From: Clostridia bacterium
GTDB lineage: Bacteria; Bacillota; Clostridia; Christensenellales; CAG-138
Direction: 5' to 3'
DNA: 64,000 nt
Assembly: GCA_035561095.1 (NCBI GenBank)
Contig: DATMYE010000004.1
Span: 7,675 to 71,674 of the forward strand
The translations under genes and the position numbers were made by a program. The notes beneath the pieces are model-generated. The model was not told the DNA's origin. It did not search any database and saw nothing but the letters and a program-made list of their open reading frames with translations. Of the stretch, positions 1-12,000 are shown one piece after another (position 1 is the stretch's first letter; each line of letters opens with the position of its first letter).

Positions 1-1
1 A

Positions 2-295
2 AACGACGCCGTGCTCTATCATCATAAGCGCTTTGACGGAATGGGCTATCCGGACGAAGGCCCAACCAGAGGAAAACTTCCGTTGTCCGCAGCGATTCTC
101 GCCGTTGCGGATACCTACGATGCGATCATCAGTGACCGGCCTTACCGCGCGGGACTGACCAAAGCACGCGCCAGAGAAATCTTGGAGGAGGTAGCGGGCA
201 CGCAGCTCGACCCGAAAGTGGTCAGGGTGTTTCTCAGCATCGAGCCGCGCCTGCGTCCCGAGGACGCGGAAAAACTCCTGCTCTACACGATATGA
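2..295 (+). CDS. HD-GYP domain c-di-GMP phosphodiesterase, C-terminal fragment (5' end lies outside the window)
   Basis: Frame is open from the window edge. Translation contains HHKRFDGMGYPD, the HD-GYP signature. Stop TGA 293-295 overlaps the next ATG (ATGA). Confidence 0.85.
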   Translation, partial: NDAVLYHHKRFDGMGYPDEGPTRGKLPLSAAILAVADTYDAIISDRPYRAGLTKARAREILEEVAGTQLDPKVVRVFLSIEPRLRPEDAEKLLLYTI

Positions 296-843
296 TCCTG
301 CTTGGATGCGCGGCGCTGGGAATCCTTGTCGGCCTGATCGGCGGAGGGTCTCTGCGCGGGTTGGGACGGTATGCGCTCCGCGGCGCGCTGTTCCCTGTGG
401 CAGCGTATGTGCTCAAGGCAGGTGCGGCGGCTCTGTTCACGCCGCAGACGGGAGCGCTCGCGGTTTGCCTCCTGCAATACAGCCTGCTGTTTCTCTTTCT
501 GCTCTTCAATCATCGGCGGCCGGTCTGGCCGCTGTTTGCATTTGCGGGCACGCTGCTGAACTTCCTCGTCATCGCACTCAACGGCGGATGCATGCCGGTT
601 GCTGCGTCTCTGCTCAGCCAGGGGGACCGGCTCGCGCAGCTTGCGGAAGGACGCGTCTACGCCTACTGCCTCGCGGATGCGTCAACCAGGCTGCCGCTGC
701 TTGGAGATGTGATTCGCCTCGGTCCGGCGCAAGCGCCGCTTGGGTTTGCGAGCATCGGTGACCTCGTGCTCTGCGTCGGCGTTGGAATCCTGTTCTGGCA
801 GATGACGCGGGCGGAGAAGAAGCCTGTAGAAAATCAATTATAA
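292..843 (+). CDS. Small polytopic membrane protein, DUF5317-like
   Basis: 183-aa ORF whose ATG overlaps the upstream stop (translational coupling). It has several hydrophobic helices and an NGGCMPV motif. The DUF5317 assignment is from memory of similar proteins next to HD-GYP genes in Clostridia and is unverified. Confidence 0.6.
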   Translation: MILLGCAALGILVGLIGGGSLRGLGRYALRGALFPVAAYVLKAGAAALFTPQTGALAVCLLQYSLLFLFLLFNHRRPVWPLFAFAGTLLNFLVIALNGGCMPVAASLLSQGDRLAQLAEGRVYAYCLADASTRLPLLGDVIRLGPAQAPLGFASIGDLVLCVGVGILFWQMTRAEKKPVENQL

Positions 844-910
844 TAGAAGAAATCGCATTCAAATTTCGTTCATAATTTGGCTATAAAGAGCAAATCGGGA
901 AATCCGAGCA

Positions 911-924
911 TACCATATATGGTA
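911..924. promoter_or_regulatory. Perfect 14-bp palindrome TACCATATATGGTA (candidate operator)
   Basis: Read directly. It has the form TACCA-N4-TGGTA and sits in the 500-bp intergenic region upstream of the GGDEF gene. A second copy of the half-sites is at 1047-1060. Confidence 0.35.
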
Positions 925-1046
925 GATGCGATTTGTGAGTCCGTAACGCGGCGCGACAGGCGGGGTAGAACAGACGCGAAATTGACGAAAAACGACGTGT
1001 GCTGCGCGGATTCTCTCGGAAAAACGAAATTTTAACAATACAATGC

Positions 1047-1060
1047 TACCATGTGTGGTA
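1047..1060. promoter_or_regulatory. Second TACCA-N4-TGGTA inverted repeat (TACCATGTGTGGTA)
   Basis: Same half-sites as 911-924, located 136 bp downstream of it. Confidence 0.35.
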
Positions 1061-1089
1061 ATAGTGCATTTAAGGGGTATTTGAGCTGC

Positions 1090-1120
1090 CTGCAGCCCGA
1101 CTGCAGCCCTGACTGCAGCC
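1090..1120. repeat. Three direct repeats of CTGCAGCC at 11-12 bp spacing
   Basis: CTGCAGCC occurs at 1090, 1101 and 1113, roughly one helical turn apart, about 115 bp upstream of the candidate promoter. Confidence 0.4.
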
Positions 1121-1233
1121 ACTAAGACTATCATCTTTGCTTCCGTTGTCATTTGATCCGAGGAAATACGCCCTGACATACAATTGATTTCAGCTCGATC
1201 AATCGTAAAATTATTAAATTTAGTACGTTTAGC

Positions 1234-1261
1234 TTGAAATTACGTGGTGATTGTGTAAAAT
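1234..1261 (+). promoter_or_regulatory. Candidate sigma-A promoter for the GGDEF gene
   Basis: TTGAAA (1234-1239), 16-nt spacer, TAAAAT (1256-1261), about 85 nt upstream of the GTG start. Confidence 0.4.
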
Positions 1262-1344
1262 GGATTGGGTATGTTTGCCAAAGCCCAAGGAAAAGGGCTG
1301 CTGTTCCCGGACGCAGGCGGAAAGACCGCTACAGGTGAGCGATT

Positions 1345-2466
1345 GTGTCAACCAACGAGGCAAAGCTGTCTGTCACGACAAGAAAAAAGGCACGTTCCGC
1401 GTTTGAAGCGACAAAATTAGGCGCTGCGCAGAAGAACATCCACGTGTTTGCGGGTGTTGCGAGCGTCTGTAATTTTCTGTTTATGATCTGTGATTTGCTC
1501 TTCATCCAGGGTCAGACGCAGCGATTGATCGCTGCCGTTCTTCGATATTGCTTCTCGATTCTTTTACTCTTTATGGTTCGCAAGCTGCAGCGCATCAAGA
1601 CCTATTCCGCGTTTTCCGCCACGGTGACCGTGCTGGAAGCCACGGGTATTTTGCTGTTCTTCTTTATATTGTGGCTCTACGATTCGCCGGATTTCATGAT
1701 CCAGTCGATGGGCGCGATCCTCGCAATCCTCGTGGTCTTTACGGTGCCCAACCGCAACGGGAACATGATGGCTCTTTCGCTCGTCACAACGGTTGCGTTC
1801 TTTGGCTTTTGCTACCTGTTTATGAAGGATATCGAGACAAACGATTTTGTCGCGGCAATCGCCTATACCGTGTTTACGGTCGTCATCTGCGCGGTTCGCG
1901 CCATCGGCTCCGACCGGAATGCCTATCAGGAGTTTGAGACGAAATCGCGTCTGGAACAGACCAGCACGCGCGATTATCTGACCAATGCCGCGACGCGCGA
2001 GCGCCTGGAGGAAGAGGCGCGCCGCTGGATGAGCTTCTGCCGCAGGCAGGGCTTGCCGCTCTGTCTCGTGTTTGTAGACGTTGACGATCTCAAGCGCATC
2101 AACGACAGATTCGGACACGTGGTCGGTGATATCGCGCTCAAAGAGGTTGCGGCGCTGATGCGCAGGCAGCTGCGCAATTCGGACACCATCGCCCGCTGGG
2201 GTGGCGATGAGTTCGTTCTGCTGCTGCCGAACGTGACGCTGCAAAACGCCGTGCTGCTGCTGGACCGCGTGAAGACCGCCGTCAACGGCCTTTTGCTGGA
2301 GGGCGAGGTGACGGTATCCTGCAGCTTCGGTGTGGTACAGATGGGGCCGGAGAGCACCTATGCCGAGCTGCTTTCGCAGGCGGACGCACTGATGTATCGC
2401 GCAAAGCAGGAGGGAAAGGGCAGAATCCGCTGCCCGCAGGATCAAGCGGACGAGATGCGCGTGTAA
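1345..2466 (+). CDS. Membrane-bound diguanylate cyclase (N-terminal about 6 TM helices plus GGDEF domain)
   Basis: The C-terminal domain carries RWGGDEFVLLL with an RxxD I-site (RNSD) five residues upstream, and the FGHVVGD motif. The N-terminal half is hydrophobic. The start is GTG. Confidence 0.9.
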   Translation: MSTNEAKLSVTTRKKARSAFEATKLGAAQKNIHVFAGVASVCNFLFMICDLLFIQGQTQRLIAAVLRYCFSILLLFMVRKLQRIKTYSAFSATVTVLEATGILLFFFILWLYDSPDFMIQSMGAILAILVVFTVPNRNGNMMALSLVTTVAFFGFCYLFMKDIETNDFVAAIAYTVFTVVICAVRAIGSDRNAYQEFETKSRLEQTSTRDYLTNAATRERLEEEARRWMSFCRRQGLPLCLVFVDVDDLKRINDRFGHVVGDIALKEVAALMRRQLRNSDTIARWGGDEFVLLLPNVTLQNAVLLLDRVKTAVNGLLLEGEVTVSCSFGVVQMGPESTYAELLSQADALMYRAKQEGKGRIRCPQDQADEMRV

Positions 2467-2638
2467 AATCTTCTGAACGTAGAAATCTGTGACTTCAATT
2501 GTTACGCGAGATAAATTAATACTACAAATGGGTTAAATTACGCCGCTGGCTACAATACCTTGTAACAAAAATGAACAAGATTGAATATTCACTCACTATG
2601 CGCATGATATAACAAGTCGGTTTACTGGCCGAATATCG

Positions 2639-2679
2639 CCTGCAACGAAGTGTAAAACACTGTTGCAGGTGTTTTTGTT
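2639..2679 (+). terminator. Rho-independent terminator downstream of the GGDEF gene
   Basis: Stem CCTGCAAC / GTTGCAGG with a 15-nt loop, followed by TGTTTTTGTT. Confidence 0.6.
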
Positions 2680-2712
2680 ACATAAATTCGAGAAAAATTC
2701 ACGAATTTCTCT

Positions 2713-2741
2713 TTACACGGGCTTATTTGAAGCATTATACT
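2713..2741 (+). promoter_or_regulatory. Candidate promoter for the giant adhesin gene (about 300-nt leader)
   Basis: TTACAC, 17-nt spacer, TATACT, in the AT-rich intergenic region. Confidence 0.3.
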
Positions 2742-3044
2742 GAAAAAAATGACATCAGCCACGCAACGAATATGTAATGTGTGAGATCTCATTTTTATAA
2801 GTAAAGAGCCTGAAGTTTCACAAGCGCAAACGATTGTAAACCTCTTTTTTAAACAAGAGGAGCCTCTCGTTTGATTTTCGCATTGATTTGTTCGTTCGCA
2901 CACATGAAAAAATAACACAGCCCAACACCGGAGAACCAAAGAAGCGTAAGAAGAAAAATCACAATGTAACAATTAACAAAACGATCCTTTCCACGGAACA
3001 GTATCACCGTCACGAAAATGTAACGAAACACCGGAGGATCCCAT

Positions 3045-6000
3045 ATGTTGTCTGCTACAATGAGCCGGATCAAGAGATTTAGCAAGCGGGCATTCCGCAT
3101 GGTGCTCTGCGCCATGATGGTCTTCCAGACGCTCCTTGTACCGACCTCGGCGCTCGCAGCCGAAACCGCGTTTTATTTCCGCGGGTACGGCTCGGAGAAC
3201 ATCAACTCCACAACGCTCAACTACGCCACAAGCGGCGCGAGCGTCAGCGGGCGGGATGTGACCATCTCCGCGACGGCAAGCGAGGGCGAGGCGATCGGCC
3301 TCGTCAACCTGAATGAGACAGGACATGATATTTCGCAGTCCGTTGATCTCGGCGGGCTGGAGATTGATTTCTCCGTCGTCAGCAACGTGACTGAAGAGGG
3401 CGTCGGTGGGGCAGACAACGATGTACCGACCGCCACGATTTACTTTTGCAGCAGCGCCGACCTCGGCAGCGTGATTTCCTCCGTCACGCTCAACAAGGCG
3501 GACAATGCAGTCGCGGGCAGCGAAACGCTCTCCTCCGGAGCGAAGATTCCCGACGGCACACGCTCGATCTTCCTATCTTTAAAAGGCACAAATAAAACAG
3601 GCAACAACACCGTCACCTTCACGAACACCAGCCTCGTGATCCGCGACGCGGGCGCGCCGACCATCAGCGCGGACTACACCAAGACCTGGACGAATCAGGA
3701 TGTCACCGTGACCATCAACGCCGCGGACAGCGACGCTGGCCTTGAGGGCATCTACGTCAACGACACGCGCGTGACGGGAACCTCTCCTTATACATTCGTC
3801 GTCTCCAGCAACAACACAAGCTTCACGGCCTACGCCATGGACCTCGCCGGAAAGAAATCCGACGTCGCCTCCGCAACCGTGGATCACATCGACAAGACCA
3901 CGCCGAGCGCTCCTTCCTCCGTGCCGCTGAGCAGCAGCAACTGGACGAATGCCGACGTTTATGTTTTGATGCCGGCGCTCTCCGCGAGCACGGGTTCGCC
4001 GGAGCGCTATGTTTACCAGATTGGTTCGTCCGCATGGGCGACCCTGCCGGACGGCTTTGCGATCACCGCGGAAGGCAACACTGTCGTCCGCGTCGCAGTT
4101 GAGGATGAAGCGGGCAACCGCTCCGCCTATGCGCAGGCGACGGCGAAGATCGACAAGAGCGCACCCACCATCAGCAACGCGACCATCACCTCCGGCAGCT
4201 CGTCTGCCAAGGTGGATGTGACCGCCACCGACGTCGGGCTCAGCGGCATCGCGAAATTTGCATACGCCGAGGGTACGCAGACCGCGGATTACTTTACCAC
4301 GGGTGGTACCCTCATTTCCAACGGAACATTCACCGTTGGCGTCGGCGGAACGTACACGCTGTTCGCCAGCGACATCGCTGGCAACACCGCGCTCAAGACG
4401 ATCTCCATCACGACGGCGCCGACCTTTGACGCGGTGAGCAACGTCACGATGAACGAGGACGAAACCAAGAATGTCCCGCTCAGCATTTCGGACGCGGAGA
4501 GCACGCGCAGCGAACTGACCGTTCGCGTCAGCACCACGAATGATGCGCTCCTCGAGCACGTTGTGCTCAACCAGAGTGACAGCGCGATCAGCCTTGACAT
4601 CACACCCGCCGCGAACCAGTCCGGCGGACCCGTGACCGTCACGGTTGAGGTCGAAGACCCGAGCGGACAGAAGGTCTCCCGCCAGTTCACCGTCACGGTG
4701 CAAGCGGTCAACGACCTGCCCGTCGCCCAGAACGACAGCGGAATCACCGTCAACGAAGACAACAAGGTCGAGATCGACGTGCTCGCCAACGACAGCGACC
4801 TCGCCGACGGCGACACGCTGAGCATCAAGAGCGTCGGCGATCCCGCGCACGGCACGACGCTGATCGTGCTCGGCAAGGTTCGCTATACGCCCGCCGAGAA
4901 CTACGCCGGCACCGACAGCTTTACCTATGAAGTATCCGACGGTAAGGGCGGCACCGCACAGGCGACCGTCTCTATCACCGTCAATCAGGTGAACGACGCA
5001 CCGACGGCGCTTGCCGACAAGGCGTCCACCGCGGAAGACACCGCGGTTTCGATCGACGCGCTTGGCAACGACACCGACGTGGACTTCGCCACCGACGCAG
5101 GGGAGAGCATCTCGCTCGTCTCCAGCGCGAACGGTTCGCACGGTACGACCGAGATCGTCGGTGGACTTATCGTCTACACGCCTGATGCGGACTTCAACGG
5201 CACGGACACCTTTACCTATATTATTGAAGACAAAGCGGGGCTGACCTCCGAAGCGACCGTCACAGTCACTGTTGCGCCGGAAGCGGATGCGCCGCGCTTT
5301 GCGAAGCTGAACACCGAATATACGATCGACGAAGACGCGAAGAACGCGGAGATCGCGTTTGAGATCTACGACGTCGAAACCCCGGCGGACAGCCTCATGC
5401 TGCAGGCGGCGACGCTCGACAGCGAGATGCTCGACCAGACCGGCATCGCGATTCAGGGTCTCGGCGACAGCAACGTTGCCGTCAAGCTCCTGCTCTCGCC
5501 CGTTGCAAACCAGCATGGCGACGTCAACATCAAGCTCACCCTCGGCGACGGCTTCGAGACGGTCGAGCAGACGATCGTCGTGCACATCACGAATGTCAAC
5601 GACGCGCCGCGTTCGGGCGCCGACACGCGGACGTTTACCGAGGATTCCGCCTACCTCGATATCAGTATCGCGGGCTTGCTCGCAAACGACAGCGACATCG
5701 ACGGCGACACGGTCTTCTTTGACGGACTCGCGGGCGCTCCCGGCTCCGGCACGATCGAGCTGCTGAACGCGACCACTCTGCGCTATACGCCGGTTGCGGA
5801 TTTCTCCGGCAAGACGAGCTTTACCTATTACATCAGCGACGGCACGGCGAGAACCCTCGCAACCTGCACGCTGGAGGCGACGGGCGTCAACGACGCGCCG
5901 ACCATCGCCATCACCCCGACTGAGATCGCCGGAACGGAAGACACCGTTGTAGTGATTCCGTTTACAATTGCGGATCAGGAGAGCGCGGCTGCCGATCTGG

Positions 6001-9000
6001 AGGTTATCGTCGCAAGCAGCGACGACAATATCGTCACCACCGACGGCGTGACCGTCGTCAACAACGGCGACGGCACCGGCGAAGTGCAGATTCTGCCTTC
6101 TGCGGACGCAAACGGTTCCCCGTCGATCACGCTGACGGTCAGCGACGGCGAAGCACAGGCGAGCGACAGCGTGAAGCTGATCATCGCGCCGACGCAGGAC
6201 GCGCCGGTTGCGGAAGACGATCTCGTCTATGTGCACTACACCACAAGCCGCAGCTTCAGCCTGCTCACCAACGACCACGACGTGGACGGTGACACGCTTA
6301 CGGTGAAGTCTTACGCCGCGGAACTGCCCGGCACGCTGACGTTTGACATCGACACGCAGATGTTCACCTATGTGCCGTCGATCGGCGAGAACGGCATCAG
6401 CACGTTCACCTATACCATCACCGACGGCAAGGACACCGATACAGCGACCGTTGAACTCGATGTCGTCAGCGAGACGCACAGCCCCGTGATCACGGCGATT
6501 GACAGCCGCTACGTCTCGGAGGACGGCACCCTCAGCGGCATCGCCTTCAGCGTGTCCGATGAGGACATCGGCGATACGGCGACCATCACCGTCGATTCCG
6601 GCAACACGACCATCCTGCCGGAGGACGCCGACCATATCACGGTTACCAATAACGGCAGCGGGAACTATTCACTCGCGCTCAGTCCGGCTGCCGATCAGTC
6701 CGGCACCGTCAGCGTGACGGTCACCGTCACCGACGGCTCGTCGCTTTCCGACAGCACGACGTTCTACCTGCACGTCATCGGCCAGAACGACGCACCGATT
6801 GCAGTCAACGACGCGATCACCATGAACGAGGACGGCTCGCTGACGCTCAACCTGCTCGGCAACGACTCCGATCCCGACGGCGACACGATTTGGCTTTCCA
6901 GCCTGTCCTGGCCGAGCCACGGCTATATGGAGCGCACCGGCAACACCTATACCTACTATCCCTACGGCAACTGGAACGGCACGGAGACGCTGACCTACCG
7001 TGTTTCGGACGGCCGCGCAACCGCACAGGCAACCGCCGTCATCACGGTCAACCCCGTGAACGACGATCCGACCGCCTGGGACGATTGGTTCGAGATCGGG
7101 AATACAACCGGAACAGAGAGCGCGAACATCAATGTGCTCGGCAACGATTATGACGTCGACACCGGAGACGTGATCCGCACCTATGAGATCGTCACGGCGC
7201 CGAGCTACGGCACCGCGGTCATTGAAACCAACGGCACGATCACCTATACGCGCAACCAGATTTCGCCGCTCGGCAACGGCGCGGATTCGTTTGTCTACCG
7301 CATCATCGACCGCGAAACCGCGACCGGCGACTACCGCAGCGCGACCGCGACGGTGCACATCGGTGTGGAGTTCATCAGCACGCTCAATACCTATGGCACA
7401 AGCGTCTACTGCTATGAGGACGATGCGGCCTTCAACATCGACATTCCCGTGAGTAACCCGACGCCCGTTACCTACGGGCTGACGATCAACACAACGACGA
7501 CGCTCGGAACATTTGAAGTTCTGGATAACAACACCGTGCGCTTTACGCCCGCGCCGAACCAGAACGGCTATGCGTCCATCTCCTACACGGTCGAACAGAT
7601 CGGCGGCGGGGAAAAGGACACGGGTACCATCTGGCTCCGGGTCTATCCGGTCAACGACCTGCCGGAGATCACCTCCGCGCCGAGCTCCGTGACGTTTGAT
7701 GAAGACGCAAGCACGGGCACGACGTTTGACGTCGCCTTCCGGGACGCGGACATCGCAAACGAATACCTCTACTTCTACGTCTACACCCAGAGTGGGACGT
7801 CCACATCCCCGATTCCGTTCCTCGTTTCCTACAGCGTCACCCGCACGGAAGCGGGCGCAAAGGTCACCGTGCACGCCGACCAGAACGTCAACGGCACGGG
7901 CAAGATCACCATCGGCGTCAGCGACGGCATGACGTATACCGAAAAGACGATCGATCTGACGATTCGCCCCGTGGACGACGCGCCGGTGGTCAATCCGGTC
8001 GCAAAGACCATCAACGAGGATTCTTCCGTGACGTTTGCCTCGCCCGGCTCGGACAGCGAGGCGGACGGCGACAGCGTAATCTACGCCATCGATCCCGCGA
8101 ACATGCCGCAGCACGGAACGGCGACCCTGCACGACAATCACACGATCACTTATGTACCGAACGCGAACTACAACGGCACGGATACGTTCAAGGTGCTCGT
8201 TACCGACGTCACCGAAGCCGCGCTTTCGACCGCAGGACAGGTGAGCATCACCGTCCGCCCGATCAACGACGCGCCGGAAATCCGCGATCTTTCCTATTAT
8301 CAGACCACGCTGGAAGACACGGCAAAGGATGTCACCCTGACCGTCAGCGACGTTGACAACGACATGACGGGCAGCACACACTACACCCTGACGTCGGAAG
8401 ACCAAACGCTGGTCAAGAACGCGAATATCACCATCAGCCACGTGTCCGGAGAACAAATGGTCATCCACGTCGTGCCGGAAGCCAATGCCTACGGCACCGT
8501 GAAGATCAACATCTCGGCCAGCGACGGCAGCCTGAACGCGAAAGCCGCGTTCTCGCTCAAGATCGTGCCGGTCAACGATATCCCCGCTGCCGTGGATGAC
8601 ACCGCGAGCGTGAACGAAGCCGTCTCCACCGGCGCGGAATCCACTCCGCCGAAGACCACGGTCACCCTCAATCTGCTCACCAACGATTCCGACGTCGAGG
8701 ACGGCAAGCCCAGCGTGGTCGCCGTCTCCAACGTGGTCAACGCGACCGTCGCCAACATCGGCGGCGGCAAGGTGCTGGTCACTGCGGACGGAGACTTCAG
8801 CGGAACCGTCACGTTTACGTATACCGTCATGGATCGCGCGGGCGCAACCGACACCGCGGACGTCACCTTGACCGTCAACGCGGTCAACGACCCGCCGCGC
8901 GCCAAGGCCGACAGCATCACGATTCTGGAGGACGCGACGCCGCAGATCAGCGTGCTCGCGAACGACAGCGATCCCGAGGGAGACACGCTCTCCATCTCGA

Positions 9001-12000
9001 GCGTTGGAACCCCCGCGCACGGCACCGCGCAGATCAACGGAACCTCGATCGACTATGTGCCCGTGAAGGACTACTTCGGCACGGATTCGTTCACCTATAC
9101 CGTTTCTGACGGAAACGGCGGCACGGCGACTGCGACGGTCACCATCACCATCAAGCCTGTCAACGACGCGCCGACGGTCAACAAGCACAGCTCGACCGCG
9201 GGCGACTGGCAGATGCTCGAGGACACCACGCAATCCTTCAACTTCGTGGTTGCAGACGCCGAGAGCGCGGTCAACAACCTCATCATCAAGATCACCTCGC
9301 TGGATGAAACACTAATCAAGACCACGCAGATCCAGCTGACCACCAACGCCGCGGGCTATAAGGTGCTCACGGTGACGCCGGTGCTCAATGCATACGGCGT
9401 GGTAGATCTCAAGATCACGGTCAGCGACGGGCTACTGAGCACCGAAGCGATCTATCCGCTCATGATTGTGAGCGTCAACGACGCGCCGGTTGTTACCGCG
9501 CCCGTCCAGACGACCAAGGAAGACACGCAGCTGCACGCGAGCGCCTACGCTACCGATGCGGAAGGCGACAGCGTGACCTTCGCCAAGTACACCGATCCCG
9601 CGCACGGCACCGTGACGGTCTCTGCGGACGGATCGTATGACTACATGCCCGCCAAGGACTACAACGGAGAAGACTCGTTCATCATCCTCGCGGACGACGG
9701 GAAGGCGGAAAACCACGCGGGCTACGCGACGGTCTATATCACCGTCAAGCCCGACAACGACCCGCCCACGGCGCAGGACGACAGCATCACCATCGATGAA
9801 GACACGCCGACTACGGTTACCGTCATGGCAAACGATACGGACCAAGACGTTCCCTACGGCGACAAGATCTCGCTGCTTTCCGTGACGGCACCCGCGCACG
9901 GCACGGCTGTCATCAGCGGCGACGCGATCCTTTATACACCCGCTGAGAACTACAACGGCACCGATTCGTTCACCTATACCATCACTGACCGCGACGGCAA
10001 GACCGACACGGCGACGGTTTCTGTCACCATCCGCCCGGTCAACGACGCGCCGAAGGGCGGCGACGACACCGCAAGCGTGCTTGAAGACCATTCCGTGGAT
10101 ATCAGCGTGACGGAAAATGACGACGTGGATGAGACGACGAACCCGACGCTCGAAGACGTTACCATTCTCTCAGTCGATACGCCCGCGCACGGCACGGCGA
10201 GCATCAGCACCGACAAGAAAACCATCACCTATACGCCGGATGCAAACTGGTTCACCCCCGAAGGCGCTCCGGAAGTCTTTTACTATACCGCCAAGGATTC
10301 CTCCGACCAGACGGGACGCTTTGCAGTAACCGTTACGGTTACCTCCGTCAACGATCTGCCTGTGATCACACCGAGTGATCTGCCCAACGTCACCACGGCG
10401 GAAGACACGCAGACCGATGCGATTACGTTCACAGTGAGCGACATCGAAACCGCGGCAGGCTCGCTGACGGTTACCGCGACGCATCTCAACGGCGTGCTGC
10501 TGCCCGCAATTTCGGTCACACCCAACGCGGACGGCACCTGTAGCTTCACCGTGCTGCCGAACGCAAACAAGGTAGGTTCCGCTCTGATTACCGTCAAGGT
10601 CACCGATGCCGACGGCGGACAGGTCAGCGACACGTTCACCCTCACGGTGACGCCGGTTAACGATGTACCGCGCCCCGGCAACGACGCGTTCACGGTTGCG
10701 GAAACCGGAACGTATACGGCGGATGTGCTTGCCAACGACGACGTAGACACGCTCTCGAACAACGGCGGGGACACGCTGACGCTGCTCTCGATCGCAACGC
10801 CGCAGTACGGCACCGCGACCATCGTCAACAACAAGCTCTATTACGTACCCAAGGCCGACCGTGACACCACGGCGAACTACTATGATATCTTCACCTATAC
10901 GATGAAGGATGCATCGGGCAACGAATGTACCCCGACGGTCACCGTAACGGTCACGCCGGTCAACGACGCGCCGACGATCTCCGCGATTGCGGACGTGACA
11001 GGCATTCTCGAAGATGCGCCAGACGGCACAGGGGACATCAGCTTCAATGTTGCCGATGAAGAGGACGACGACAATACGCTCGCGGTTTCGACGGCGAGCA
11101 GCGATACCACGCTCTTCCCGGTGAGCAATATCTCCATCACGAACCCGACGGACGACCCGACAGGCTCGCTCCGCACGGTGAAAGTCATCCCCGCCGCGAA
11201 CCAGTACGGCACGGCGACCATTACGCTCACCGTGCGCGACGCGCAGGGAAAGACCGCGACGACATCGTTTGACGTCACGGTCGAGTCCGTCAACGACGTG
11301 CCGTATAACGGAGATCGTTCGTTCACGGTCGTCGAGGATGTGGAAAAGCAGCTCGACGTACTGACCGGCATCGACCCCGACTATGCTACGGTTCCGGCCG
11401 ACATCACCATCACAGCCATTGCGACCCAGCCGAGCCACGGCACGGTGCGCATCGCGAGCGACGGAAAATCCCTCTACTACAAGACCGCGCAGGACAGCAA
11501 TGAACCGGATTCGTTCCAGTATACGATCCACGACGCATACGGCAACGCGGACTATACCTTCACCGTGACCATCACGGTGACCCCGGTCAACGACGCGCCG
11601 GTGATCACGTATCTCGGCAACGCAACGTATACGATCTATGAAGGTACGCAGCAGAACGACATTCCGTTCAACGTCACCGACGTGGACAACGTCACCGACG
11701 CGAGCGGCACGGCGCCTGTGGAGGTTACGCTTTCCGCCAAGAGCAGCAACTCGATCCTGCTGGTCAACGGCATCCACATCGACACGCTGGCGGGCAACAA
11801 CCGCGATATCGACCTCAAGCCGTATCTCAAATGGAACGGCAATACGACCGTGACCATCACCGCGACCGACCCCGGCGGGTTGAAGGCGACGGCGAGCTTC
11901 CAGCTCGTGGTCAACAACGTCAACGATACACCGGTTGCGGTCAACGACTCGTTCACGATTCCGGAGGATCAGACCTCTTCCGTCAACGTGCTAGGAAACG

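Noticed and set aside
859-1179. A 106-aa minus-strand ORF in the intergenic region upstream of the GGDEF gene.
   Set aside because: It has no RBS and no recognisable domain. It spans the palindromes and direct repeats, which are better explained as regulatory DNA.
2467-3044. A c-di-GMP riboswitch (GEMM-I or GEMM-II) in the leader of the giant adhesin gene.
   Set aside because: I looked for the conserved cores (GEMM-I GGCAAACC...ACGCAAAGC; GEMM-II ...GGGCAC...GCAACCGACC) and found only trivial partial matches such as GCGCAAACG...TAAACC. This is not enough to call. It is left as a scan suggestion in the findings.
2888-3082. A 64-aa TTG-initiated ORF overlapping the start of the giant gene (possible leader peptide).
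   Set aside because: It has a non-ATG start without an SD, a Lys/Asn-rich translation typical of AT-rich non-coding DNA, and it overlaps the real start out of frame.
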